A DNA stretch of 64,000 nt from Vicugna vicugna (taxonomy: Eukaryota): NCBI GenBank assembly GCA_013265495.1, contig MU058065.1, forward strand, positions 1,077,527 to 1,141,526, written 5' to 3'. The notes beneath the pieces are model-generated. The model made no database searches, was not told the origin of the DNA, and worked only from the letters and a program-made list of their open reading frames with translations. Shown piece by piece: positions 27,674-40,972 of the stretch. Made by a program: the position numbers and the translations under genes. Position 1 is the first letter of the stretch; each line of letters starts with the position of its first letter.

Positions 27674-29531
27674 GGGTGAGTGGAAATGGTGGGAGAGAAG
27701 ACCATCCCTCACTAGCTCTCAGGGTGACTTCAGAAACTCTAGGGCTCCTGTTGTCCTCATGTCAGCCCTAAATGATTCTGACTATTGTTATTAGGCAGAG
27801 GAAGAAAGATGACTAATCAGACTTAGGCTGGGTTGTATGGCAGTGGTCCCCCGTGGACAGGACCAGGTCACACTTCCACGCCCATGCCTCCTGTGACATT
27901 CACCAGCATATGTGTCAGACCTGTTAGTTGCACCATTTATCACTGATAACCAGAAGGATGAACCTTAAGTCTGGAAGTTCTGGCGTCTCCTAAAGATCAA
28001 AGATGTCATTATTAACCTAACACTGTAATTAGAAGATTTTAACAACAAAGATTCTTTGGGTGTAAGGCCAATACTAAAAAGGAAGGAAATGAAGGTTGTT
28101 AACTCATCAGCCCAAAATTTGAACCTGATCTTGTTCTGCATATAATTTGAAAAAGAGGAGGGACAGGAAATAAAACAAAAATCCAGCTCAGGTGCATGAA
28201 CTGTATTTGTAAAATGTGAGAAACAGAACGCTTGCTTTTCCCTCCCCCTACCCAGCCCGTATTTATTTTGGTTGCTCACACCTCCTTCCGAATGGCTGGT
28301 CAAAACATGAATCCTTCTGGAATAAGGCCTTGAACACTGTTATTTTGGTGTACAAATTATCCTCTAAAAATCATTCTAAAAACATTCACGTATTTTGTAC
28401 AGAAAAATAAATAAAGACAAAAATTTGGAAAGGAAAATTAGAAAATGCTTGCAGTTTCTGTAAGCTGCTCTACTGTCACATTGAGAAAACTGATTATTTC
28501 ACAGAGGGTGCTCAATATTCCATGGTCTGTGCATTTGCTGTTATCAAGGGAAGTGTTTTCCAATGACAATTTTATAGATGATTTTGGATATCAGGGAATT
28601 TTTGTCTACTACCAATCGTTTCTGTTAAGGCCACAGGAGAACACCGTGAAGGCCACTTTAGACTGTGTATTGTTTAGCTTATTATTGTGAAGCTTCTGGG
28701 GTTTCATAGCCTCTTCCTTTTGCTCCCAAAGGATGGTAGCTGTTTCCTGCCATTACTTCTGGGCATGTCTGAGCCCTCCCTTTGCCTTTCCAGTCCCTCC
28801 AGATCTTTTGACTCCATTCCTTACATGAAGTTCTCTGGGTTTAAACAGCAAGTATAATTTCCATATGTGTGACTGGACATTGACTAATGCGGGAGCAAGT
28901 CAGAAAGTCTTAAAAAGAGAGGGAATTTTGAACAATCTTCCATTGAAAAGGGCGAATGGGGCAAAATTGCACGGGAAATGAATGAAAAGGTGAGAGGCAA
29001 CAAATGCCTATGTAATGGAAGAAGACAGTCCCAACTACTTTACAAATTGCTTAACCTTTAAAATGAACGTGTTGATGCCAAAGACAGGGTTTAATACCTC
29101 TCCTTTTTAACCTCCAAGGGCTTAACATATTGGTTTGCCTATAGAAAATATCTAAATCTATTGTGATGGATCGATTAATTCTTAAAGGAGAACAGGAGAG
29201 TCTACGAAGGAAAAAAGGATGGATATTACACACAGTGTCACTTTTCTGCTGTCTACATACTTCCTCCCAGAGTTGGACATTTGTAAATGACCTTGCCAAT
29301 CTGTCTTCTCCCAGTGTGCACTGGAGAGCTGCTGAAGAATATCACACAAAATCATAATAAGAGAAGGTCAATGTTATTTTCTATTATGTTCATGAATACA
29401 GCTCATCCAGGCTCTCAGCACTGCTCCCAAAATATGTCTTTCCAGTTCCCATAATGACAGTCAGATTTTTTGTATCTCTCTCCCAACCAACTCTTAAGAG
29501 GTAGCATTGCTTTCAGAATATAGAAGCCACC

Positions 29532-29969
29532 TGTGATAGTTACTTGAGTGGCCCCCAATGAACTTGATCTTCTATCATGCATGACCTTGTATAGCCTCTC
29601 CGACGCTGACTCTCATTTTGGCCAATGATTGGCCAATGCGGATATTAACAAGTATGATGCAAGCAGATAAATACTTGAATGTCAGCTATGTTCTCTTGGA
29701 AATAACTGCTCTTGGGAGCCAGCTGCCAAGCTATAATGATAGACCACTGAATTGTAAGAACCCACATGAAGCAAGACCCTGGAGAGTGAAAGACCGTCTT
29801 CTTGCCAAGCTCCCAGCTGAAGACAGCACCATGAGCGGCCTCAGCTACACTACGTGGAGCAGAGCTACCCCGCTGAGTCCAGTCCAACCCCAGAATGAGA
29901 AACAAGAAATCACTGTCAAGCCGCAAAGTTACGGGGTGGTTTGCTGCACAGCCATACATAACTGGAACA
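29532..29969 (+). mobile_element. MaLR solo LTR (MLT1F/G-like)
   Basis: TG...CA termini, ending aagttacggggtggtttgctgcacagccatacataactggaaca; TSD ccacc/ccact. Confidence 0.8.
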
Positions 29970-30199
29970 CCACTAGGGAGAAATTTCCTTAGTCTCAGGA
30001 CCAAATTAAGACACAAACCAGAATTTATGTTCATTTCATAATTTTCTATTCTTTGAGTACAGAAGAAACAGCCCTAATCCCATCCAAGATCTCTGTCTGG
30101 TGGGGGACCTCCCCCCTCAGCATCATCAGTCTTCCCCTCTCTTCTGGATCCTGTTCACCGCCTTTCCTCTCATAATCATGCAAGTATGTGCATACATAT

Positions 30200-30900
30200 C
30201 TTACCCCAGTCCCTCGTTTTCTTCCAGCTACCACCCCATTTCTCTGCTTCTTCTCATAGCCTACCTTCTCAAAAAATTACATTTGCCCTCTCTCCACTTC
30301 CTCATAGTCCATTTTCTCTTCAATCTCCTTTCAATTTGGTGTCTGCCTCCACCAGTCCCCACATCATTTTTGTCCTGATCACCAGTGACCTCTATATTGC
30401 CAGCTCTAACAGGCACACTTCTGCCCTCAACCTAGCTAAGCTCTCAATGGCTTATTGCCATTTATCACTGTATCTTTATACCTTATCTCCCCTTGGCTTT
30501 TAAAGTACCTCCTGTTTGACTCTTACTTGCTGGCTACTTTTCCCATCTCCTTTCTTGACTTCTCTCACACTTAACTGAATCTCAGTTACACATGGATTAT
30601 TTCTAGACCCTCTGATCTTTTTCTGCTCTCTCTCCCAAGGTGATTCTGTCTAATCTAGTAGCTAAATGTCACCTTCATTCTAAGGACCACCAAAACTATA
30701 CCTCTACCCCAATTCTCTAGAGAATGATTTCCGACTGTTTACTTTTTTATCACCGCTTAAATAGTTGACAAACATCTCAAGCATGTAAACCTGAAACTCA
30801 GTCCTTTTCTCATCTTCCCCAGCATGACAATACCTCCATCATATATTCACTTGCTCAATTTAGAATCATAGGGATCATGCCTGACTCTCTTACTTATTCT
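30200..30900 (+). mobile_element. L2 internal fragment
   Basis: Pyrimidine-rich, with tcaccagtgacctctatattgcc and aaacatctcaagcatg...actcagtcc. Confidence 0.6.
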
Positions 30901-32202
30901 TTCAATCAATATTTTTAATTGAGCAGGTACTAGCTCCAAACATAGATTAATACAATTCTTGCCTACAGGGGTTCACTGCTTAGAGTCAGAAACAGACACG
31001 AAGGGATAATTACAACAAAACTGGGGAACTGTGATAGTAGAGGCTAGATAAAACATGTCTGTAAGCAAACCGATAGGGCTCCAGTACTGTTCTAGGAAGT
31101 GGAGAAAACTATTTCAGATGTCCAGGTTCTGAGAAATTACGCTCTCCTTACAGGAACCATTCAGTATCGCATTTGGGTTATTACTTGAAGGGAACCAAAC
31201 AAGTCAGCTCACAACGAATTATCCCTCAGGACAGAGTTCTTAGGTTTGAAATAAACGTTCTCGGAAGCATTTCCTAAGGTAGAGACTTTTGTCATGCTGT
31301 GAATTCTCATTGTACCACTCGATTTGGATTATTCCTGCCCCAATCAGATGTCTTTAAGTTATTTTTTCCCCTCAGTATTTTTACAGAATATCGTTAGAAA
31401 GCCCACTTCATTTCTTTCTCTCTGCATTTTTGTTTTGTTCCAACCTAGCATAATTTTAGAGTTGCAGGAAATTTGACAACCCTTGTAAACCTCCTACTCT
31501 CCGGAGACATATGAGCATTACATAATTGAATAGTGAGGTACACTGCTTAATACACAGGCATTTTTATTTTCAGTGTTTGCATTTGGTGACAACTTGAGTG
31601 TTCATAAAACTATATGCAAACTTCATATATCATAGGATCCTATATCATAGGATCATATTTCACTCAGGAAGTCCTAGTCCTTGTAAACAATTTCGTCTTC
31701 TAGTGTGATAGTCTCTGGAAGTGTGAGAGTTAATGGAAAATAATTGTGCTTGATATGAAAAAATATTAAAGTTATTAACAAAGTGTGGCTCTTATTGTAC
31801 CTGCAGGGGTGGAAAATGTCACAGTTAATATTGAATATCGCAAAGAATTACTCCCCAGTTCAATAAATACTCCAGTGGAGTAAATAATTACTGGTCACAG
31901 ACCTGAGTTGGCATGGAAGAGTGGAAATGAGTGTGTGAGAATTATCTCAACTATTTTTAGATAATATATCTCGAATTAGTGGATTTAATATTAATCTTCA
32001 CAACTTTATTTCCAAAACAAGGTCAACTCAGTACGTATTTATTAAACATAGCATGCTTCAGGAAACTTAGTAGGGCTATAAAAAAGAGTAAGACCTTTAA
32101 GAATACACAGTTCAAAGAGGAAGATAGTCTTGCAGAAAAAAAACAGCAATGCGTAGTGTGGCAACACACTGTGGAAGGGAGCACTTTAAAACAGGGTGCT
32201 TA

Positions 32203-32435
32203 TGTTTTATAGATATGTTCATTAGTGTCTTTTCTTTTTTTTAGATTCCCCATATGAGTAATATCATATGGTATTTTTCTCTCTCTTTCTGGCTGACTTC
32301 ACTTAGAATGATGATCTCCAGATCCACACATGTTGCTGCAAATGGCATGATTTTATTTATTATTTTTTATGGCTGAGTAGTATGTACACCAGAAATTGAC
32401 ACCTTATAACTGACTATACTTCAATTTTAAAAAAA
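32203..32435. mobile_element. Short L1 insertion with 5' inversion (inverted 32203-32383, direct 32383-32435)
   Basis: First part is the reverse complement of L1 ORF2-end/3'UTR sequence; second part is the sense terminal tgtacaccagaaattgac...tatacttcaatt plus A tract. TSD aaaacagggtgctta / aaaaaaaggtgctta. Confidence 0.9.
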
Positions 32436-33149
32436 GGTGCTTACTTTCTGGGAAAACACAGTCCTGGGAGGACCTGGGTAAGTCGTCCCTCCAAGAGGTT
32501 TGAGGCAGGAGTATGAAGAATGTGAGGAATTTTCCCAGGGCCCTCGCAAAGTAAGCTGGCTTTTCAATACAGACAAAGCTAGGAGCAATGGCCCGGGGCC
32601 CGGAGCGGGTGTGTTTGGACGGCCAGAGGGAACACTGAGCTCCAGGTTGTGGGCCCAGCCTGGGCTGAGTGGGAAAAGCGAGGCTGGTGCAGCCTGAGAG
32701 GGCTTGCAGGCAGCTCTCAAAGTGGGCCCTTGGAACGTTATCTTACAGGTTCTAAACCAGAATTTGTGTTTTGGAAACATGAACGTTAAACACAACCTTT
32801 TGCGTGTATTTACTTGATGAACTCGCTGCGGCTGCTCTGTTTATAATTTAAGCATCTATAGATCTTTTATGGAAACTCGTTCTTGGCTCACAACATTTCA
32901 GATTGCAAGGGAAAAATGTAAATGCAATCAGCAGCCCACATTTAATGAGTTTTCATCTATATGGGGTGCTAGCATCCTTTTCGCAAGGAAAAGTTTTCAC
33001 AGATAGGACAAGGGTACCCTAAATATATCCAGATATCTATATCTACCTCGATATATCTATGTCCGTAACTACATCTATAGCCCTGGTAAGGAAGGAATGG
33101 AGGTAGGGTTTTGAGTAACTCTTCCAACCAGAAAGGTAATATTTTTCTC

Positions 33150-34560
33150 TTTCTCACCAGTTCCACTTCCACCTTGGTCTAAGCAACCCTGGTCTAAGCA
33201 ATCCTCCTCTCTCATCTGATTCACTACAGTGGCCTCCTGGGTCTTCCTGATTCTGCGTCCGAGCCCTCGGGGCCCATCCTTACCACAGTCACCACAAAGA
33301 CTCCTCTCAGACGTACACTGCCGCTCTTCTGCTCCACCACCTGCAAGGGCTCCCTCGTACACAAAGCCCTGGATGGCTTCCAAGGAAGGCTCTGCAGGGT
33401 CTCACCCTTTTTCCTCTCTAACCTCATTGCCTGGTCTTCCCTTTTTACCCACGATGCTCTCCCCACCCACACTGCCCTCCTTCCTCTGCACCCCTTGCCT
33501 TTGGGTCTTTGCAGCAACTGTTTTCTCCCTTTGGGAAACTCTATCTCGAGCTACCCACCTAAGTCGCATCCTTATCGCCCTACTGGCCATGCAAGTTCTC
33601 TTTTCCTGCTTCTGACAAGGGATCGCGGTCCTTTGAATACTTTCTTCTGGGCCATCTAGCACAACGTTAAGCTTTGTCAGTAGAGGGCGCAGGAGAGACA
33701 TTACAGCAGAAAAGGGTTTTACCTCCTGGTTCCAGGGCCAGCTCTTGCCTTTCAGGTAGCTTTCCCATACCTCGCTCCTGCGCTGCAGAGCATGCAGTTT
33801 CACTAGCACTTGGCCCCTAAAACATCCCAAAACCATCGGCTGCCTGCAACAACTGCAGCCCCCAGCAGTGGAGTACCTCTGATGAGAAACTCCGGTGAAC
33901 ACCTTTCCCCAGTGCCTTAGAGGGTGATTTTTCAGCAAACTCCAGAGGGAAGATTTTGGTCAAGAAGAACGCCATTCCACCCCCGCGATGTCTCTGCCAT
34001 CCAATAATCCACCACTATGACTCCCAACGAGGCACGGACCTCAGTCCTGGCTGGGGGGGCTCGATCTCAGCCCTAGGACCGGTGACCACTCTTCACTCTC
34101 ATCCTGTATTCTTTGCCATTTTCTTTACTTCTTTCTAGCTCATCCCCTGTTACTCTAATCCTCAGTTATAGGTAACAATTCTTTACAGTAAATATTCCAC
34201 GTTCACATGACTGTGTGGTTTTTCTCTCCTCATTGGCACTAGATTGATCCAATATCTTAGCTCGAATATCAGGACGAAGTCTTTTCTATCCTCTCTTCTT
34301 AAATGTGCCCCAGCCTTTCGGATCTCTTTGCCTTGCTCTAGTTTATTCTTCCTTCTATAGCACACATAACATCCCAACATACTAGCCAATTTATGGATTT
34401 ATCACGTCTACTGTTTATCAACTGCTTCCACCTGCTAGAATATAAATCCCTCAAAGGTCATGCATCTTATTTCCAAAATTCACTCATGGATGTATCTCAA
34501 ACTCCTAGAATAGTGTGCAGCACATAGGTAGGTACTCAAATAAATATTCATCGAGGGAAT
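33150..34560 (+). mobile_element. L2 3' region interrupted by an LTR
   Basis: tggtctaagcaatcctcctctctcatctgattcactacagtggcctcctgggtcttcctg on the left; tcctagaatagtgtgcagcacataggtaggtactcaaataaatatt on the right. Confidence 0.7.
33562..34252 (+). mobile_element. LTR41-like ERVL LTR carrying a CTCF motif
   Basis: gttaagctttgtcagtagagggcgcaggagagaca recalls LTR41; end ctgtgtggtttttctctcctcattggcactagattgat. Boundaries approximate. Confidence 0.65.
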
Positions 34561-35509
34561 AATCCCATAGAGCACAAGCAGCTGCCTCTTTGAATATACT
34601 GGCCCATGTTGGAGAAATTTAACTTATTTTTAGTGGCTACAGTCAGCATATTTCCATATCCTTTGGAGACTAAGAAAGCTGTGAATCCTTCTATTACAAA
34701 TTACAGAAGTTGTTTATCACTCTATGCGTAGCCCTTAAGACACAGGTTTTGCTCTATCACTGTATTAAGACTGGGTTTCAACACTCTCAAATTCATTTTG
34801 TGTTCGCACCAAATCAACAACTTCTTACTCAGTTATTTTTTTAATGTGGCAATTAATTTTATATTTAATCCAGGATTCACCATCAAGCTGGTGAGCATAT
34901 GTTGCAAAAACAAAGGTTCCTACAGACAATGAAATCCAAATTTTAGTTAGGAATACAAGAGAGCACCCCAGCTAAGGAAGGGATGGGCATGGCTCTGGCT
35001 TCATGATCTGATGGCACAGAGATAGAACATACATTTCCTCTTTTTCCCCCAAGCTTATATCTCACGTAAACAATCATGGCCAGCTTATCCAGACACAGTT
35101 AGAAGAAAGGAAATTGAATGGAAACATATAAAAACAGGCAAGGGACATAATTTTCGTGTCTTCTTGTTTCTACTTAACACGTGGGTGCGAGGTCTGTGCA
35201 TTCTGTGGGAGTATCTCAGGTTGAACTGCATCTCTGGGTACTCTCGGCTGTCTCTTAAAGGTAACGCAGCCCTTCACATCTCAGAGAGATGGAAGATTCT
35301 ATAAGATAAAATAAACATCTGACCTCCCCCAAATAAAGATTCTATATGGACTGTGGGTCCCCAATTATCTGAAAGCACAAGGATGTAACTGTTTGCTTTG
35401 TCACATTTTCTAGAGGAAGAACATTCTCATTCACTTGCAAATGCACTTTTTCATTTTGAGCATTTTTATAAGGGACATTTCTAAAATATCTTGCATCCTC
35501 ATTTTCAGC

Positions 35510-35762
35510 ACCTTACGGTATGTCCTCTGAGAAGCCATCCCTGACTCCTAGCTGGGGTAGGCGCCCTTGATCTATGCTCACACAAAAGGCCCTGCATGTC
35601 CCCCACCAGGGAACTGGTCCCACGTCACTGTGGCTGCCTGTTTAATCATCGGTGGCCCTCCCTGGGTCGTAATGTCTTTTAGGGGAGATAACGTACCTTT
35701 CCTGTTTCTCCATTACCTAGCACAGTGCCCGGCACGTAGCACATAATAAATATTTGTTGACT
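35510..35762 (+). mobile_element. L2 3' end
   Basis: tcctctgagaagccatccctgac...cctagcacagtgcccggcacgtagcacataataaatatttgttga. Confidence 0.75.
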
Positions 35763-37149
35763 AGTGACATTCTCAGGGCCATCATACCAACACTGAAAAT
35801 ACCAGGAGGCAAATTATCATCAAGGCCTTTTAAGAGAGCGGTGCTCTTTGACTGATGCTAAGTATATAAGCTCTTAACGTTTGGTTTCTCTACCCTTAGC
35901 ATCAGTAAAACAATCCTTGCTCTCCCTTTTCCCATGCTTATCCATTGCTTCCAGCAACAAATTTATAAGTTTTTTTTTTTTAAAGCTGCAATTGATATTC
36001 TGTAAAATCCATGAGGTTTAGTACGCGAAGGAGTTTGGCTTCCCTAAACTGAGCTCTTTTTTAATTCCTCTTAATTTTCAGCTGTTCTCATTAGATGGAG
36101 TTGTCAAGAAGCAGAGATTTCCAAAGGGCAATGTGTTCCCATGTTCTGCTTCAAACAATCAACTTACTTGAATACGTATTAATAGCAAAAAAAAAAAAAT
36201 TTAAAGAGTTTGTCTTCAATCACTGCCCTCCCACTTAACAAGCAAAAGCACAGAAAGCAACACATATTATAGACACTCTCAGTACAGGCGTAGGGCCATA
36301 AAATCGAAGCATTCATTCTACAGTAAGTATGCGCTTCATTGAGGTCAATTAAAGGCAAGATTTATGCACACAGGCAGTCACTCTGCCTTAAAAAATGGCT
36401 TGACACACTCTTCTGGAAGGCAGAATGAAGAACCTCTCAGAAGCTGGATGCCTACAGAATAGAAAAACAGAATTAACCTAGAAGAACATACCAGACCTCT
36501 AAGACTATGACATAAATAGCTAAGGGGAACCCTAAAATCTGTAAGAATAGGAAAGCTTAAAACTGACTTCCAGAAGACATTCTAGGGAAAGTAGTCTCTC
36601 TGTTGCATCTCAATTGAGAAACTGTGGGGTTTTTTTAAACCTTATCTAAAGGGGACAAGCAGACTGTTCTTTGACTTAAAACATGAAGATAAACTAAAAG
36701 GGACACGGTGCCAATAACACATTACAGCCTTGTCAAGAGTATTCTTTGCCACGACCCGTAATTAATTTGTGGACGTACCAAGATTCAGAAATGTTAAAAA
36801 AAAATGGAGGAAGTATATTATAAGGTTTTACAAACCTAAGAGCAAGCAGGACCATCTCATCCTTTAAATCATTCAGAGTGGTTACTGCATCGTAAACAAA
36901 GCTGGGGCTGGAGTGATGGATGGACGGCCGACACACTTGCTCCCTGAGGGTCATCAATCACCACGCTTTTCCTCTAAGCTCTCCAAATGCCTGAACTTCT
37001 TTCTACACTGAAGATGCTTGAAAGTGCATTAACTCTTCATAGCAATTAGTCTCCTGGAAGACTCATTTAAGAAAGAGCACGTTATTCAAAATATGCGTCT
37101 TCAACATTAAGCCCTACTCTGTGGAAGGCATGGTGCAAAGACCAAGAGA

Positions 37150-38360
37150 AGAGGTCTGTGTGTTTAAGGATTGCTGAGGCCCATAAGGATACAACAGTAG
37201 GTAAATGTTTAGAATACCATGTAACCAATAGTATAGAACTGGAGTTGTACACAAAGTACACACACACAAAAAATGTGCTTCCAAACGTAATCACAGAGAA
37301 AGTAGCGAGTGCACTGCAATCTTGATATCTGAGTGGAAATTTGCCATAGAGACTAAATTGGAGAAGACATTCCAGAAAGAGGGGATTTCACATTCAAGGC
37401 CACAGAGGCAGGAGCAAGCTTGGCTTGTTCAGAGACAGTGATACAGTTTGGGAATGCTGTGAGAGGCATGAATGGTGGGAGACGTGGCTCTGCGGGCTGG
37501 CAGGGGTCAGATGACGGTTATGTTCAAGTGTTGTGCTTTGATCAGATGGATGAAGAACAGGACACAGTCCCATGAAATCATGAGCTGAATAGTGACATGG
37601 TTGGACATGCCTAGGAGAAAAGCCTCCCTGAAAGTCATAAAAAGGCAACTCATGGGGCCAGTGAGACGCCCGAGCAGTTGTCCTCATGAGAAATGACGCT
37701 GGTCTGAGAAAGCAGCGTAAGAGTGCACATGATGGAGAGGGTCAGACAGGAGAGGCTGAGAAGCAGAACTGCTGCACCTGATAACGGATGAGACGCCAGG
37801 AGTGAGGTAAGGAGAGCAAACCGATAAGGCCCTCACATTTCTAAACTGAGTATCAAGATAGGAAACCCTCAGGAAACTGCTGGGTCAATGGGCACATGAT
37901 GAGCTTGAAGATTCTGTGACATCTACAGATAGATGTTGGTCCAGAGATGCAGTCAGACATTCGGAGAGTGTGTAGAATTCATCACTTGCTTATTCAACAA
38001 ATATTAAAGTGGAAGATGAGAGCGAAGGACAGAGTCTGGAGACGTCATCATTTGGGAATCTGGAAGAACAAGAGCCACCACCCTCACCGTGCATGAAAAA
38101 CACAGGAAGAGAGGCTTTAGGAAACACAGGAATGATCAGTGGTCTAAAATGCTGAAGAGAAATAGCAAAGGACAGGCGTAGAAGAGAGCCAGTGGGACCC
38201 AATGGGAGCCAAGATTGGGTTCAGTGGCTCAGTGAAGGTGGAGTCTGCAGTAAAGTGTGGATCTGGAGCGAATGAGAGTTGAGACCAGGGAGCAGGGGCA
38301 TGTAGAAAGCCTTGTACAACCAGGTAAACAGAGAAGGAGGGGTGCAGGCTTGTGTCTTGA
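37150..38360 (-). mobile_element. L2 fragments
   Basis: Purine-rich reverse-complement L2: gacattccagaaagagggg...aggccacagaggcaggag...agagagccagtggga. Confidence 0.6.
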
Positions 38361-39095
38361 GGAGACCCCTGGGACAAATTAGAAATAGGTGAGATTAGTG
38401 TCAAAGTTAGATTCCTCTGAAATGAGCTAATCCCATTTCCCACATGCCTTGGGAGTTCACCCACTGGAAAGATTCCTGCCTGTTACTGATAAATCTGCGA
38501 GATGCAGAGCATGGGTATAGAGGAAATCACACACTTTCTTAAAATTAAAAATGACATTTTAACTGTTTGGTGAAAAATCAAATGCTTTATGTAATCAAAT
38601 GGGAGAAAATGCTTTTTTTTAAATCAGAAATACTCTCAGAAAGACACCGACTTGGGTTAGAACGACTGGGAAGGGGCTGGGTTAACTCTCAGAGAGCATG
38701 CTTCTGTAGGTGCAGGAAGGCTCTGAACTGCCTTTTATGGATGACGTTCTCTGTTATCTTCAGGGTGTAGGGGCCAGACTAAAGTCGAGAGAAGAGAAGA
38801 GGTGATGGTTCTGCAGAGAAGAGAGCTAAAAGAGATAGAGATCATTTAAGGAAGGCAGGCTATCAGCACTTTTCCCTCATTGTCCTTGCAAAATCTTAGT
38901 AATTTAAGAATTTATTACATTACTTCCTAATGCTTCCATATAAATGCGAAGAAGAGATAAATCTCTATCCAGATTTGAGGCCAGACAAAAAGAGAGACCA
39001 CGGGGACTTGCAATGAGGGTTCCCTTCAGTACTTTCTTCTTCACTGGAGGGCATACGCTTTCTGAGGTCTATTGACACCTAACTGGAAATTGATG

Positions 39096-39723
39096 TGAGA
39101 CAGGAAGGGGGCGGGGCACAGCCATTCAAGAAATGCTGCAGCAATTAACATCAAAATGGTGGAAGAGTCAACCCCCAGCTGGCCTTGAGGCTCAAGATGG
39201 TGGCAGATTTAACTTCTAGCAGATCTTGAGCTTCATTATACACCCATTGTAATTAATTAACATAGTAAATAACATGCCCACAAGCACCATGGCAGTCCCA
39301 AAGCTAGCCACAAAAGGTCAAAGAGTGGGAAATGGCCAACTTCCTGGGAATCCCAGCCCCTTCCCCAAGCTAGTTAGACTGGTCCTTCCACTTATTAGCA
39401 TATGAAGCCACTGAGCCCATAAAAACTCGCAACACAGTGCTCTGTGGCCACAGCCTCCCCTCTCTCCCTCTTCGGAGACACCACACTCTGTCTATGGAGT
39501 GTGTATGTACTTCTAATCTGAGCATCCAACCCCCATGGATGGCCTTTCTCTTGCCTTTCGATGTATCTCTCTAAAAAATCTACCTCTTCTCAACTGTGGC
39601 TCACTCTTGAATTCTTTCCTGCCCAAAGCCAAGGACCCACACTTGGTGGCACACACCCCAGGGGTTCAACCAAAGCCTGGGACACGGCCCTCCTCATACC
39701 CCACATCCGTTTTTCCTGCACCA
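39096..39723 (+). mobile_element. ERV1-class solo LTR (628 bp)
   Basis: TG...CA termini; exact 4-bp TSD GATG (39092-39095, 39724-39727); GC box at ~39107, cataaaa TATA-like box at ~39418, U5-like ttgaattctttcctgcccaaagccaaggaccc. Confidence 0.85.
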
Positions 39724-40476
39724 GATGTAGGTGTTGCAATTCAGAAGTCACATAATTTGGGAATGTGTAGTCCCATCTTTACTTGTTATAAAAATGCTAC
39801 CCAACAGGTAGACAAAAGAGGAAGGGTACTTGGTATAAATTACCACTGCTATCCCTACAATGCTGGAATTCTGGAGAAACCAACAAAGCTCTGAAAAGTA
39901 TCTTTGCCATATCAAAGATGCTGTGTATTATCTAGCCCACATCCATCTGGTGTTTTCAGGGACAGTGACTGCTGGGTTAAGTTAACCCACTGAGTCAACA
40001 GAAGAGCTCATCAGCTAGGAAAATCAGCAATGAGGATCAAGTAGACATTTATGCACACTATGATTTTTTATATTTGTACCACTTTGGTGTCAATAATTTA
40101 CTTGGATCTTTATGCAGCAGAATGCCTTTGCCCTGGGAGCTGCTGGACTGAGAAGTGTATTTTCTCATGTCTTCCATATAAAGCTGAGGCCAAAAGAAAT
40201 GAGATTTTTCTTATTTTCAACTCAAAAATAATAAACCAGGCATTTGACAGCAGGAATGACTTCCTTTATATAGAAAAAAGGAAAGACAAATTAAAAAATG
40301 AGAAAAGGAGTTATATTTTGCCCTATTTATTTACCAATTATTTATATGTCTTGTGATATTTATATTATTCTACTGATTTATAGTTTACTTCCTACATTGC
40401 TAATTAACTTTCCACAAGTTGACTTCTTAAGTATCTAATCCGATAGCTAGATAGTTTTGGGGAAAGCAATATATGC

Positions 40477-40972
40477 TGAGTAGGCAGAATTCTAGGCTGG
40501 TGCACAAGACTCCTACACCCTGTATAATTCCCTCTGCTCGAGTGTGAGCAGGACTGTGAAGATGATGGTATCTCATTCCCGTGAGGGAGTTACAGTATAT
40601 GGGGAAAAGGTGAAAGGATTTTCCAATTGTAATTAAGGTTCCTAATCAGTTGATTCTGCTTTCATCCAAAGGGAGATTATCTCTTTAAACAAAGACCTAA
40701 GCCTTCCCTGAAGGGAGGGAATCAAAGGGAGGGACACTCTCGCCTTCTGTCTTTAATGAACTAAGCAACCATGTGTTCTACAACCACAAGGAAATGAATT
40801 CTGAGGACACCTACATGAGCATGAAAGGACCTTGAGCTTCAGACAAGGACCCTCCTGGAATGTGGCCTTGGGAGACCCTGAGAAGACTCCTGACTCACGG
40901 AGATCGTGAAATAATCAACATGTATTGTTTCAGCCACTAAATTGGTGTCAGCTTGTTGCACAGCAATGGGAC
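40477..40972 (+). mobile_element. MaLR LTR (MLT1E-like)
   Basis: ggcagaattctagg...caccctgtataattccctc...taattaaggttcctaatcagttga...cagccactaaattgg. Confidence 0.8.

Noticed and set aside
33402..33938. 178-aa minus-strand ORF and the other 60-140 aa intronic ORFs
   Set aside because: They span repeat boundaries or simple repeats, often use non-ATG starts, and resemble no protein I recognise.
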